Of a stretch of DNA of 64,000 nt, positions 44,000 to 53,747 are shown piece by piece (the first letter of the stretch is position 1; each line of letters begins with the position of its first letter). Under the pieces are notes generated by a model, which saw nothing but the letters and a program-made list of their open reading frames with translations, ran no database searches and was not told the DNA's origin. The stretch lies in contig MTOU01000014.1 in the NCBI GenBank assembly GCA_002011745.1, positions 13,369 to 77,368 on the forward strand, read 5' to 3'. Source of the DNA: Nitrospirae bacterium JdFR-85 (GTDB taxonomy: Bacteria; Nitrospirota; Thermodesulfovibrionia; Thermodesulfovibrionales; JdFR-85). The translations under genes and the position numbers were made by a program.

Positions 44000-44445
44000 G
44001 ACCTCTCCAGTTTATGTATTTTTTCTTTGGCTGCCTTTATAGTAATGCCTCTTCTGTTTTCATCAATATATTCAAATTTTACCTCCACAGTCCCAAGTTT
44101 TTCATTCAGCCTGTCTGCCCATTCAATCACCACAATTCCATCGCTGTCTATGTACTCCTCAAGGCCGAGATCCAGTATCTCAAGGGGTTTCTCAATCCTA
44201 TACAAATCAACATGATAAAGTGGGAGTCTGCCCATGTGTTCAGATATGATAATAAAACTTGCACTTGTGATCTCCCTTCTGTCAATACCCACTGCATTGG
44301 CTATTCCCTTAACAAAAGTGGTCTTGCCTGTACCAAGGTCTCCAAAAAGCAGTACTGTATCTCCTTTGTCAAGTATCCTCCCCAGAATGGCACCAAGTCT
44401 GAGGGTCTCTTCTTCATTGGATGTTTCTGTCCTAAATTCTTCCAT
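43981..44445 (-). CDS. tsaE: tRNA t6A37 biosynthesis ATPase TsaE
   Basis: LFGDLGTGKTTFVKG P-loop, HVDLYR motif; 154 aa. Confidence 0.88.
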   Translation of the reverse strand: MEEFRTETSNEEETLRLGAILGRILDKGDTVLLFGDLGTGKTTFVKGIANAVGIDRREITSASFIIISEHMGRLPLYHVDLYRIEKPLEILDLGLEEYIDSDGIVVIEWADRLNEKLGTVEVKFEYIDENRRGITIKAAKEKIHKLERSWRSER

Positions 44446-44446
44446 T

Positions 44447-44899
44447 CTATTCTGAGGTTATGGCCCTTATCACATCCTTTTTCCCCACAATCCCTACAAT
44501 TCTGCCCCCTTTCAGCACAGGTAGAAGGTGTACCCTCTTTTCACTCATAATTGTGGCAATCTCACTGAGAGGGGTGTCCTCCTCTATAGTGATAACCTCT
44601 CTGGTACATATCTCCTTTACCTCTGTAGCAGTCATCCTCTTTATCTCTTCTTCGACTTTGGATTCACTTTCTAAGGGAAGAATTGCGTCAAAAATCCTTA
44701 TAATTGTAGGAATATTAAACTTCTTCTCTCGTCGGATAAGGTCATTCTCAGTAACAATTCCGTATAATCTACCTTCGCTGTCTACCACTGGCGCACCAGA
44801 GATATTCTTTTCAATAAACAGTCTGCCCAGTTCTTCTACAGATGTGTCTGGTGATACAGTAATAACCTCCCTCGTCATTATATCCCTTGCCTTTTTCAT
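44447..44899 (-). CDS. CBS domain pair protein
   Basis: Two CBS motifs (IMTREVITVSP...ISGAPVVD; ICTREVITIEE...VHLLPVL). Confidence 0.8.
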   Translation of the reverse strand: MKKARDIMTREVITVSPDTSVEELGRLFIEKNISGAPVVDSEGRLYGIVTENDLIRREKKFNIPTIIRIFDAILPLESESKVEEEIKRMTATEVKEICTREVITIEEDTPLSEIATIMSEKRVHLLPVLKGGRIVGIVGKKDVIRAITSE

Positions 44900-44900
44900 C

Positions 44901-45617
44901 TCACCTCCTGATTCCTATAAATCCTCCTTGGCGACGGATGCTCCTGTCCCGTCTGTAGGAGTTAAATTTCTCATGGCTGCAGAATGTACACTCCTCAGAG
45001 ATCCAGAAATTTCTCTTAGGGATCCCCTCTTTTAAGGCCTGTCTCATATTTGCATATGCAAGATCAAGACATATTTTCCCGTCTCTGGACCTGTAGTATT
45101 CTCCCTCACCAGTGGCAGTCGCTACTGCATTGAGCACATCAGAGCCCACTTCATAGCAGCACCATCTAATAGAGGGGCCGAAGGCAAGGAGAATATCTCT
45201 TGTATCAGCACCAAAATATCTCTTCATCGCCTTAAGGGCTCTTCTGAGAATACCTTTTGATGTGCCTCTCCAGCCTGCATGTACAACGCCCCACACTTTT
45301 CTGTTTCTTTCATATATCAGTATAGGCACACAGTCTGCTACCTTAACACCCACCATAATACCTGCCTTGTCTGTTAAGACCCCATCTGCTATGATCTCCT
45401 CAGAGACAGAGGTGTTTGCTGAAAGTATAACATCTATATCCTCTGGCTTGAGGGTCTTTTCTGTGAGGATCAGTATCTTTCCTGTATGTTTCTGCCTCGG
45501 TGTGAATATCTCCTCGAAAGAGGAAGCCTCTGTTGTCCTCTCCACTTCAATTCCTTCAGTTTTGTCAGTGAAGAAGGCTACTACACCCTCATCCTTCATG
45601 TTTGGAGGCACTATCAC
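44901..45617 (-). CDS. pgeF: peptidoglycan editing factor PgeF / YfiH-family (laccase-domain) protein
   Basis: ADCVPIL...HAGWRGT...CCYEVG motifs. The start may be an internal Met (it overlaps the upstream GT2 gene). Confidence 0.85.
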   Translation of the reverse strand: MIVPPNMKDEGVVAFFTDKTEGIEVERTTEASSFEEIFTPRQKHTGKILILTEKTLKPEDIDVILSANTSVSEEIIADGVLTDKAGIMVGVKVADCVPILIYERNRKVWGVVHAGWRGTSKGILRRALKAMKRYFGADTRDILLAFGPSIRWCCYEVGSDVLNAVATATGEGEYYRSRDGKICLDLAYANMRQALKEGIPKRNFWISEECTFCSHEKFNSYRRDRSIRRQGGFIGIRR

Positions 45618-46488
45618 TGTTTCTACCCCTTTTGAGTCCTAATTGGAAGCCAGTATACCTTATAGCCACATCAAAAATAAATGGTATTATATACAAAAAT
45701 TCCTTCTCCTTTATCAAATACCTCATTCCTTCTCTCAGGTATCTAATTCCTTCTGAGGAATAATGTATCTCTTTATAGATTCCTGTTATGCCGAGAGACT
45801 GTCCAATTCTGTAATATCTCATAAACTGCCTGTAAGGAGATAGATTATGAGAGTGGTAAACCTTTGCATCTGGCTCATAGGAGACTTTATAGCCTCTTTT
45901 AAGTAGCCGATATGCAAGTAGCATATCTTCATTGAGTGGCACATTCTCTGGGAACCCTCCCACCTCTTTAAAGACATCAGTAACTACAGCAGAGCAGACA
46001 TTCGAGAAGAAATAGGTCTTTATACCCAGTTGTTGTACAAGTCCTTGATGCTTCAGTATCCTCTCAGGTGGATAATTAAACCTTCTTAGAAATCTCTCAA
46101 TGGGAGAGGCATCCTCTCTCGGGAGTTGTCTTGCAAAGGATGCTACTGCAGAGGCATTCCTTAATGGTTTCAATAGATTCTCAATAAGATGTCTATCATA
46201 GGGTAGGGCATCCTGCGTCATGAAAACAAGCACTTCACCCTTTGCAAGGAAGGCCCCGAGATTGCGGGTTCTCCCATGGTGGAAGTCTTCTTTTTTGATA
46301 GATATTGGCTCTATTCCTTTTGATTTTATAATCTCTAAGGTATGGTCTTTAGAGCCAGAATCAATTACAATAAACTCTTCAGGACAGAGACTCTGCTCTC
46401 TCAATGCATCTATTATTTCTCCAATGGTCTTTTCAGCATTAAGAGTCGGAATGATAACAGAGATGCTGATATCTGAGAAGGTAGTCAC
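45589..46488 (-). CDS. glycosyltransferase family 2
   Basis: SVIIPTLNAE...IVIDSGSKD...DALP GT-A motifs. Confidence 0.8.
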   Translation of the reverse strand: MTTFSDISISVIIPTLNAEKTIGEIIDALREQSLCPEEFIVIDSGSKDHTLEIIKSKGIEPISIKKEDFHHGRTRNLGAFLAKGEVLVFMTQDALPYDRHLIENLLKPLRNASAVASFARQLPREDASPIERFLRRFNYPPERILKHQGLVQQLGIKTYFFSNVCSAVVTDVFKEVGGFPENVPLNEDMLLAYRLLKRGYKVSYEPDAKVYHSHNLSPYRQFMRYYRIGQSLGITGIYKEIHYSSEGIRYLREGMRYLIKEKEFLYIIPFIFDVAIRYTGFQLGLKRGRNSDSASKHEG

Positions 46489-46489
46489 C

Positions 46490-47173
46490 TCAGTAATCAG
46501 GCTCGTGTATGAATTTTACGTAGTTCTCCCAGTATTTAAACAGCTCTCCTGTGGCAATAATGTCTCTTAGGCAGTATTTTGCTATCTCTATGTATCTGCC
46601 CTCTTGGAAGAGTTTTTTTACATCCTTCCCAGCAACCCCATCATCCTTTGGGCTTTTTATACCAAAGGCCTTGCACCACATATCGAGACTGAAACGTCTT
46701 GTTACTCCAAAGAAGCTGAGCTGGTCAAGCAGATCTATATGGGCATTGGAGTAACGATTCGGCATGAGATCTCTACTGGGTTTCAGCTTATGGATTGCAG
46801 ACCTGATCATTATGAAGGGGCAGTCAAAGCCTCTGCCGTTGAAGGTTATAAACTGGTCATAACTCTTTACAGCATCCCAGAATTTCTCCAGGATCTCTCT
46901 TTCTGTACCTGTCTCAAATCTTATTCCATTTTCTTCAAAGGGTTCGATATCTGCTCCAGGGGCCTGGAAGAATACCCTTCCTCTCTGGGTGTCTGGATTC
47001 AACATGCCAATCGCTACTATCTCGCCTGTCAAGGGATACAGTCCCAGCTTGCTCTTCTCCCTTTCTGCTTCCTCCTCTGTAGTGGCATACCTGAGGATAT
47101 ACTGCTGCTGGCTTTCATCAAGACTCTCGAAGTCTACTCCTATGGTTTCGATATCAAATATAACCCTTGACAT
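46490..47173 (-). CDS. RNase H-like 3'-5' exonuclease domain protein (PolB-exo-like)
   Basis: VIFDIETIG (ExoI-like DxE), FNGRGFDCPF, CLRDIIATGELF. Confidence 0.6.
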   Translation of the reverse strand: MSRVIFDIETIGVDFESLDESQQQYILRYATTEEEAEREKSKLGLYPLTGEIVAIGMLNPDTQRGRVFFQAPGADIEPFEENGIRFETGTEREILEKFWDAVKSYDQFITFNGRGFDCPFIMIRSAIHKLKPSRDLMPNRYSNAHIDLLDQLSFFGVTRRFSLDMWCKAFGIKSPKDDGVAGKDVKKLFQEGRYIEIAKYCLRDIIATGELFKYWENYVKFIHEPDY

Positions 47174-47176
47174 CTC

Positions 47177-48481
47177 TTAAGTGTTTTCTTTAAAGACCCT
47201 CCAGCTTTTTAGAAGGTCTATGGCCCTCTGAAGTTGAGTATCATCCTCCTCTGAGATTTTCAGGGGAACAAGCTCCCTTTCTTTTTTTGTCTTGTCTTTC
47301 TCCTGACCTTCTCCGAAATGCCGCATCAGGTCTTCTTCTCTTATTGCAGGATGCCCTTCACCCTCTTTTACCTTGAGTTTTACCACAATATCAGGCTCTA
47401 TCCCTTTGTTCTGGATGGATATGCCTCTTGGGGTGTAATATTTAGCCGTGGTGAGCCTCAATCCAGAACCATCACTTAATGGTATCACACTCTGGACAGA
47501 GCCCTTACCAAAGGTCCTTACTCCAATAATCACAGCCCTGTTCCAGTCTTTTAAGGCACCTGCCACTATCTCTGATGCAGAAGCACTTCCTGTGTTCACA
47601 AGTACAACCATCGGCCATTCATAGTGGGGCCTCTTTCCTCGGGTATAGTATTCCTGTTTCTTTCCATTTCTATCCTTTATATATACAACAAGCTTGTCAG
47701 TGGGTAAAAACTGCTCTGCCACATCTACTGCACTCCTCAGTAATCCACCAGGATTATTTCTTAAATCTAAAATTAGGGAGTCGATACCCTCTGATTCAAG
47801 CTTCTTTAAAGCCTTTTCAAGCTCAACAGCTGTTCTCTCCTGGAACTGGGTTATTTTTACATATCCGATATTCTCATCAATAACCTTATATTTTACACTC
47901 TTGATCTTTATAATATCTCTGGTGATTGTGAAGTCCTTTGGTTTTTTCCAGCCCTCACGCATTATTGTGATCGTAACTTTTGTTCCTTTAGGGCCTCTCA
48001 TCTTATTTACTGCCTCAAGCAGTGTCATATCAGCAGTAGGTTCTCCATTGACTTTTATGATCTTGTCTCCTGCCTTTATGCCTGCCTTCCATGCAGGGGT
48101 ATCCTCAAGGGGCGCGATTACTGTGAGTACGCCGTCTCTTATGCCGATCTGGATACCAAGCCCACCGAATTCTCCTTTTGTATCTATCTTCATCTCCTTG
48201 TATGCCTCAGGAGGCATAAATCCTGAGTGGGGATCAAGAGTTCTTAACATCCCCCTGATTGCACCATAGATAAGCTTCTTAGGTTCTACTTCCTCAACAT
48301 AGTTTTTCCTGACAATTTCATAGACCTCAGTGAAAAGCTTGAGTTTCTCATACTCTTCAGAATTTGCCCCTGCAGGATTTATGGGTAGCTGTGAAATGAG
48401 AAGACCTCCTACAGAGATGCAGGCAAAGACTGTCCATACAATTAAAAGGATTCTTAGCTTCCGTCTCACTTCTACCTCCAA
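47177..48481 (-). CDS. ctpA: carboxy-terminal processing protease (S41)
   Basis: PDZ segment (GGLGIQIG...PAWKAGIKAGDKIIKVNG), catalytic GSASASEI and K in FGKGSVQ. Confidence 0.9.
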   Translation of the reverse strand: MEVEVRRKLRILLIVWTVFACISVGGLLISQLPINPAGANSEEYEKLKLFTEVYEIVRKNYVEEVEPKKLIYGAIRGMLRTLDPHSGFMPPEAYKEMKIDTKGEFGGLGIQIGIRDGVLTVIAPLEDTPAWKAGIKAGDKIIKVNGEPTADMTLLEAVNKMRGPKGTKVTITIMREGWKKPKDFTITRDIIKIKSVKYKVIDENIGYVKITQFQERTAVELEKALKKLESEGIDSLILDLRNNPGGLLRSAVDVAEQFLPTDKLVVYIKDRNGKKQEYYTRGKRPHYEWPMVVLVNTGSASASEIVAGALKDWNRAVIIGVRTFGKGSVQSVIPLSDGSGLRLTTAKYYTPRGISIQNKGIEPDIVVKLKVKEGEGHPAIREEDLMRHFGEGQEKDKTKKERELVPLKISEEDDTQLQRAIDLLKSWRVFKENT

Positions 48482-48495
48482 AAATTAGGTCTTTA

Positions 48496-49689
48496 TCATC
48501 CTCTCCGTCTCAGCCAGTGAAGAGGATTCAAAGGTTTCCCTTTGTATCTCACTTCAAAATAAAGTCCTGGGGCATTTAAGGTGCCGGATTCTCCAACTCT
48601 TCCCACAGGTGTTCCTTTTTTTATTATATCCCCTTTTGATAAAAAAATCTCACTCAGGTTTGCATATACTGTGTAGTATCCCTCTCCATGGTTTATTATA
48701 ACAACTCTTCCGTAGCCCTTGAACCAGTCTGCAAAAACCACCTTGCCTGCATAGACTGCCCTGACAGTTTCACCTTCTCTTGCTTTAATATGAATGCCAT
48801 TTCTGAATACAGGAGTTTTAAATTTAGGATCCACATAACTGCCGTAAGGCAGGGCCAGCCTTCCTTTAACAGGCCAAGGAAGCCTTCTTTTCATCTTTGA
48901 GAATCCTTTGAGTGCAAATTTTTTCTTTTCCGATTCAATGATGATCCTTCTTAGCTTTCTGGAGGATTCCTTCAATTCTGCCAGCATCTTTTTGTAGAGT
49001 TCTCTTTCTTTTCTTATAGATGCAAGCAATTGTCTCTTTTTTCTCTTTTGGTGTCTTAACTCTGCCTCTTTTTTTAATAACTTCTTCTGTTCTTTTTTAA
49101 AGGACCTTAGAAGCTCAGAGTAGCGTTGCTTCTGGCTCTTAAGTGTTGTGAGGTTGTTCTCGTATTCATTCATAAGAGTATATTCATACTCAGCAATGCT
49201 TTTAAGATAGTGCCATCTTCTTATAAACTGTGGTATATCCTCTGAGGTGACGAGGAGCATAAAAGGATTTATTTCTTTAGCCTCTCGGGTTATAAATCTT
49301 CCTGCAGAGGTGTACCCATATCTCTGCATTGCTACAATCTTTCTCTTAAGCCATCTTTGCTGCATCTGTAGTCTATCTGATAAAGACCTGATTTCTTTAT
49401 TCAGAGAATAGAGTTCCCTTTCGATTTTGTATATCTTTTTTTTCTGCTTCTTTATCTGAGACTTGAGTTTTTCAAGTTCAATATTTAGGGTTTCTATTTC
49501 CTGAAGTATGGATCTTTCACGCTTTAATGTCTTCTTAAGGGCTTCTCTTTTTTTCTTAATCTCCCTTTGTATCCTCTCATACTCCTTCTTGAGGTTTTTT
49601 TCTGCAGATGCGGGCCCGACAAAGAAACAGACGAGAGTGAGTATAATTGTAAGCAGATGTAATCCCTTTTTAAAGTATCTCTTCTTCAT
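48496..49689 (-). CDS. envC: murein hydrolase activator EnvC-like (coiled coil + M23/LytM domain)
   Basis: Long Lys/Glu coiled coil, then GIHIKAREGETVRAVYAGKVVFADWFKGYGRVVIINHGEGYYTVYANL. Follows ftsEX. Confidence 0.8.
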   Translation of the reverse strand: MKKRYFKKGLHLLTIILTLVCFFVGPASAEKNLKKEYERIQREIKKKREALKKTLKRERSILQEIETLNIELEKLKSQIKKQKKKIYKIERELYSLNKEIRSLSDRLQMQQRWLKRKIVAMQRYGYTSAGRFITREAKEINPFMLLVTSEDIPQFIRRWHYLKSIAEYEYTLMNEYENNLTTLKSQKQRYSELLRSFKKEQKKLLKKEAELRHQKRKKRQLLASIRKERELYKKMLAELKESSRKLRRIIIESEKKKFALKGFSKMKRRLPWPVKGRLALPYGSYVDPKFKTPVFRNGIHIKAREGETVRAVYAGKVVFADWFKGYGRVVIINHGEGYYTVYANLSEIFLSKGDIIKKGTPVGRVGESGTLNAPGLYFEVRYKGKPLNPLHWLRRRG

Positions 49690-49690
49690 T

Positions 49691-50560
49691 TTAGTATTTT
49701 ATTTTGCCAAGAGCGATTGTTGAGCCTACAAGACCAAGCAACAGGCCTGCCAGGGGTAGAGAAAGGATAAGCTCCTCTGGTAATATCACACCTTTCAACA
49801 AAGGCACTGAGGGATTGCTCATTCCTTTGAGAAGGTTGAATAACACAAGGTTACCAGCACTGGCAAGGATTCCTCCCAGCATTCCAACCAGAATGCCTTC
49901 GAATATAAAGGGCGAGCGGATAAAACCCTTTGTGGCTCCCAGAAGCTTATATACCTCTATCTCTTCTTTCTTTCTATAAAATAGGATTTTTACAGTACTG
50001 TAACATACAAAGGCAATTGCCGTACAGAACAGCAGTCCTACTATAATGGTGAGTATCTTTACACTCTTATATATCTCATGGATTGTTCCAAGTAGTTGTT
50101 GACCATAGATGACCTCATCTACTCTCTTGTCCTTTTTGAGAGAGGCTATAAATTTTTCAATAGTATCTTTGTCAAAGGACTTCTCCTTTAACTTAATCTC
50201 TATAGAGGGGAAAAGGGGATTCTCATCAATACCTTCCAGTATATATGCAGCATCCTTGAGAGACTGTTTCAGCTCTTCAAATGCCTCTGTCTTTGAAATG
50301 TATTTCACACTTTTCACTATCTCATTCTTTTTGATCTTTCTCAGGAGTCCTTTGGCCTTAGAATCGGTAACATCTTTTTTGAGAAAAAGGGTTACAGTGA
50401 ATTTTTCAGGGGCCCCTCTGGTCAGAGTCTCTACATTGTAAAGTACAAGTATCACAAAGCCAAGAATGAACAGGCCTACAGCTATGGAAAGGATCGACAG
50501 AAGATTGATCCATCTCTCGTGCCAGAGGCTTTTGATTGCTATTTTGAAAGAATAATTCAT
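49691..50560 (-). CDS. ftsX: cell division permease-like protein FtsX
   Basis: TM1, periplasmic domain and three C-terminal TM helices; downstream of ftsE. Confidence 0.88.
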   Translation of the reverse strand: MNYSFKIAIKSLWHERWINLLSILSIAVGLFILGFVILVLYNVETLTRGAPEKFTVTLFLKKDVTDSKAKGLLRKIKKNEIVKSVKYISKTEAFEELKQSLKDAAYILEGIDENPLFPSIEIKLKEKSFDKDTIEKFIASLKKDKRVDEVIYGQQLLGTIHEIYKSVKILTIIVGLLFCTAIAFVCYSTVKILFYRKKEEIEVYKLLGATKGFIRSPFIFEGILVGMLGGILASAGNLVLFNLLKGMSNPSVPLLKGVILPEELILSLPLAGLLLGLVGSTIALGKIKY

Positions 50561-50563
50561 CTT

Positions 50564-51226
50564 TTACCCAATCTCATCAGCAACAAGATTTCCGCTATCA
50601 AGTCTTAATACCCTCATGCCTGTGTGTCTAAAAAGGTTTCTGTTGTGGGTTGCAAACAGTACTGTTGTACCCTTTGCATGGATCTCTTTAAAAATTTTCA
50701 TTATTCCTGCCGTATTGTCTGCATCGAGATTTCCTGTAGGTTCATCAGCAATCAGTATAGTGGGTTCACCCACTATGGCTCTTGCAATAGTTGCCCTCTG
50801 TTGTTCTCCCCCTGACAGAGTAGGAGGATAGTTATCTGATTTATGCCTAAGGTTAACAAGTTTCAATGCATCATAGACCCTCTCTTTGATCTCCTTATCT
50901 TTGAAGCCTCTTATTCTCAATGCTATGGCAATATTCTCATATACTGTCTTGTTGTTGAGGAGCTTGAAGTCCTGAAATACCACACCGATGTTTCTTCTTA
51001 AATAAGGAACAGCCTTCTCTTTAAGTGCATTAAAATCCCATCCTGCAATTGATATATCCCCACTGTCAGGCTTTTCTGCGAGATAAATGAGTTTCAGCAG
51101 GGTGGTTTTACCAGCACCACTGGGTCCTGTAATATATACAAACTCTCCCTTCTCAATACTGAAAGATACGTTTCTTAGTGCGGTTATATTTTCATATATT
51201 TTTGTGACATTATTAAATTTAATCAT
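50564..51226 (-). CDS. ftsE: cell division ATP-binding protein FtsE
   Basis: GPSGAGKTTLLKLI, LSGGEQQR, LIADEPTGNLD. Confidence 0.92.
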   Translation of the reverse strand: MIKFNNVTKIYENITALRNVSFSIEKGEFVYITGPSGAGKTTLLKLIYLAEKPDSGDISIAGWDFNALKEKAVPYLRRNIGVVFQDFKLLNNKTVYENIAIALRIRGFKDKEIKERVYDALKLVNLRHKSDNYPPTLSGGEQQRATIARAIVGEPTILIADEPTGNLDADNTAGIMKIFKEIHAKGTTVLFATHNRNLFRHTGMRVLRLDSGNLVADEIG

Positions 51227-51308
51227 CTCATTACATTGAGGTTTAATATTTAAACTCTACTATTATACCCAATCAGTAGATATTGGAACAAACAAAATTT
51301 TGTTTTTG

Positions 51309-51337
51309 TTGACCTCTTTTGGTGGAGGTTTTATAAT
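51309..51337 (+). promoter_or_regulatory. sigma70-type promoter TTGACC-17-TATAAT, 9 nt before the ATG
   Basis: TTGACC at 51309-51314, 17-nt spacer, TATAAT at 51332-51337, ATG at 51347. An A/T-rich imperfect palindrome (AACAAACAAAATTTTGTTTTTGTT) lies just upstream. Confidence 0.6.
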
Positions 51338-51346
51338 CCTTAAAGT

Positions 51347-52558
51347 ATGAAGAAGATGAGAGTTGTTTTTCTTGTTGTGACAATTGTGGCTCTACTGTCT
51401 GGTCTTATTTTAAATCGACCAGAGAGGGTGGATGAGAAGAGGTATCTTAAGGAGATCGCTCCCGAACTGGTATTTTCAGAGAAAAAGGGTGTGCCTCCCC
51501 ATTACAGGTCTGACAGAGGTATCATAGCCTTCAACTCCTATGACATAGCACCTGATATCCGTGGATATGCAGGTCCTATAAAAGTCCTTATATTGCTTAC
51601 ACCCGAAGGTAGAATATATAGATTAAAGATAATACACCACCAGGAGACTGAAAACTATGTACACTATATGCTTACATCTTCATATCTGAGGCAGTTTATT
51701 GGAAAACATGTAAATGAGCCTTTTGAGGTGGACAATGATATAGATGGAATAAGCCGTGCCACAGTGAGTGTAAAGGCACTTGCAGAGACGATCAGGGTAT
51801 CTTCAAGAACAGTGGCATCAGAGGTTTTAGGGATAGAGGTGAAGAGAGGAGGAACTGGAAGGGTCTTTCCCTTAGACTGGCTGATCTACCTCTGCTGGTT
51901 CAGTATAACTTTCGGTTTTTATCTCCTTACAAAGAGAAATAAAAGATTTCTCAAATACAGAGACCTGTTGCTCATTGGTTCAATCCTTATTTTGGGAGTC
52001 TATCTCTCAGCCTTCTTTTCTATTATCCACCTTTACAATCTGTTACTTTTGCAGGTGTCTTCATCAGGACTATGGTTTGTTGTACTTCTTACAACAGTGG
52101 TCTCTATGCTCATCGCAGGAAGATTCTACTGTGGCTGGCTCTGTCCCTTTGGTGCAATAACAGAGTTTTTCCACAAGGTGCCTGTTAGGAAGTGGAGAAT
52201 ATCTTTTGAGGTTGATTACAGATACAGGTGGGTTAAGTACCTGCTGCTTCTTTTATTCACATTGTCTGTACTTATAGGTAGAAAGCCCCATTATGGTAAT
52301 TACGAGGCCTACATAACTCTCTTTTCTCTTCACGGAAGTTCCCTTTCTTGGAGTGTGGTGATACTTGTATTTGTATTCTCTACAAAGGTGAAGAGGTTCT
52401 GGTGTAGGTATCTATGTCCTGTTGGGGCGATCGGCGGGATGCTGTCCTCTTCAGACAGCAGATACAAAGGTTCAAAAGACTGTCCCATGGAGAATAAACC
52501 TTCTCCACCTACACATGAATGTATCAGATGTAATAGATGCTATGAGCATCTGATTTAA
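51347..52558 (+). CDS. NosR/NirI-like membrane protein (periplasmic FMN-binding domain + polytopic 4Fe-4S-type domain)
   Basis: FMN_bind-type GISRATVS motif, TM helices carrying CGWLCPFG and CRYLCPVG, C-terminal CIRCNRC. Confidence 0.7.
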   Translation: MKKMRVVFLVVTIVALLSGLILNRPERVDEKRYLKEIAPELVFSEKKGVPPHYRSDRGIIAFNSYDIAPDIRGYAGPIKVLILLTPEGRIYRLKIIHHQETENYVHYMLTSSYLRQFIGKHVNEPFEVDNDIDGISRATVSVKALAETIRVSSRTVASEVLGIEVKRGGTGRVFPLDWLIYLCWFSITFGFYLLTKRNKRFLKYRDLLLIGSILILGVYLSAFFSIIHLYNLLLLQVSSSGLWFVVLLTTVVSMLIAGRFYCGWLCPFGAITEFFHKVPVRKWRISFEVDYRYRWVKYLLLLLFTLSVLIGRKPHYGNYEAYITLFSLHGSSLSWSVVILVFVFSTKVKRFWCRYLCPVGAIGGMLSSSDSRYKGSKDCPMENKPSPPTHECIRCNRCYEHLI

Positions 52559-52583
52559 ATTCAAAGTTTGCAATATTATTCTC

Positions 52584-52612
52584 TTGAAGCTTGCTCTAAA
52601 ATGTGATATAAT
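52584..52612 (+). promoter_or_regulatory. extended -10 promoter TTGAAG-17-TGATATAAT with a ~90-nt leader to the GT4 gene
   Basis: TTGAAG at 52584-52589; TATAAT at 52607-52612 preceded by TGA; strong SD AAGGAGGTGAGGGAG before ATG 52704. Confidence 0.55.
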
Positions 52613-52703
52613 ATTTATACAATTCAACAGAGTGCTTTCCTCTCTTTTCAATCCTTAAATTTTCCATTGTTCATTTAGATATTAATAAGGAGGTGAGGGA
52701 GTT

Positions 52704-53744
52704 ATGAGGATAGCTCAAGTGTCTCCTTTATATGAGAGCGTGCCTCCGAAACTCTATGGAGGCACTGAGAGGGTTGTCTATTATTTAACAGAGGAACTTG
52801 TAAAGATGGGGCATGATGTGACACTTTTTGCAACAAAGGATTCAGATACAAATGCCCGTCTTGTGAATATCTGTCCTACTGGTCTCAGGCTTTCGAAGAA
52901 TGTGATTGATCCTTTTGTACATCATATATTGATGCTTGAGAAGGTTTTTAAAGAGGCGGATAGATTTGATATAATTCATTTCCATATTGACTATATCCAC
53001 TTTCCTCTGGTCAGAAGGATGAAGACTCCTACAATCACAACACTACACGGGAGGCTTGATATCCCAGATATCTATCCCCTGTATAGAGAGTTTTCTGATA
53101 TTCCTCTGGTCTCTATATCAAATGATCAGAGAAGGCCACTGCCTTTTGCGAACTGGCAAGGCACTGTGTATCATGGGCTACCGAGAGAGCTTTTTACGCC
53201 TGTATACAGAAAAGGAGAGTATCTTGCCTTTCTTGGCAGGATATCTCCAGAGAAGAGACCAGACTTGGCAATAGAGATAGCCATCAAGACAGGTATGCCA
53301 TTGAAGATTGCTGCAAAAGTTGACAAAAAGGACAAGGAGTACTATGAGCAGAGGGTAAAACCTCTTTTGAGGCATCCTCTTGTGGAGTTCATAGGAGAGA
53401 TTGGAGAGGCAGAGAAGAATAAGTTTCTCGGAGAAGCATATGCACTACTGTTTCCCATTGATTGGCCAGAGCCCTTCGGTCTTGTAATGATAGAGGCTAT
53501 GGCCTGTGGTACACCTGTGATTGCAAGAAGGTGTGGTTCTGTTCCTGAGGTTATGGTGGATGGTGTTACAGGTTTTGTGGTGGATACAGTGGATGAGGCT
53601 GTAGAGGCACTGAAGAGAATTGAATCCCTTGACAGGAGAGGAGTGAGAAGGGTCTTTGAGGAGAAGTTTACCTCAGAAAGAATGGCACAGGAGTACGTGA
53701 GAATCTACTACAAACAACTGAAGAGGGTAAAACTGGCAGCATAG
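52704..53744 (+). CDS. glycosyltransferase family 4 (GT-B, group 1)
   Basis: YGGTERVV N-terminus, EPFGLVMIEAMACGTPVIA E-x7-E-type motif. Confidence 0.85.
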   Translation: MRIAQVSPLYESVPPKLYGGTERVVYYLTEELVKMGHDVTLFATKDSDTNARLVNICPTGLRLSKNVIDPFVHHILMLEKVFKEADRFDIIHFHIDYIHFPLVRRMKTPTITTLHGRLDIPDIYPLYREFSDIPLVSISNDQRRPLPFANWQGTVYHGLPRELFTPVYRKGEYLAFLGRISPEKRPDLAIEIAIKTGMPLKIAAKVDKKDKEYYEQRVKPLLRHPLVEFIGEIGEAEKNKFLGEAYALLFPIDWPEPFGLVMIEAMACGTPVIARRCGSVPEVMVDGVTGFVVDTVDEAVEALKRIESLDRRGVRRVFEEKFTSERMAQEYVRIYYKQLKRVKLAA

Positions 53745-53747
53745 TTT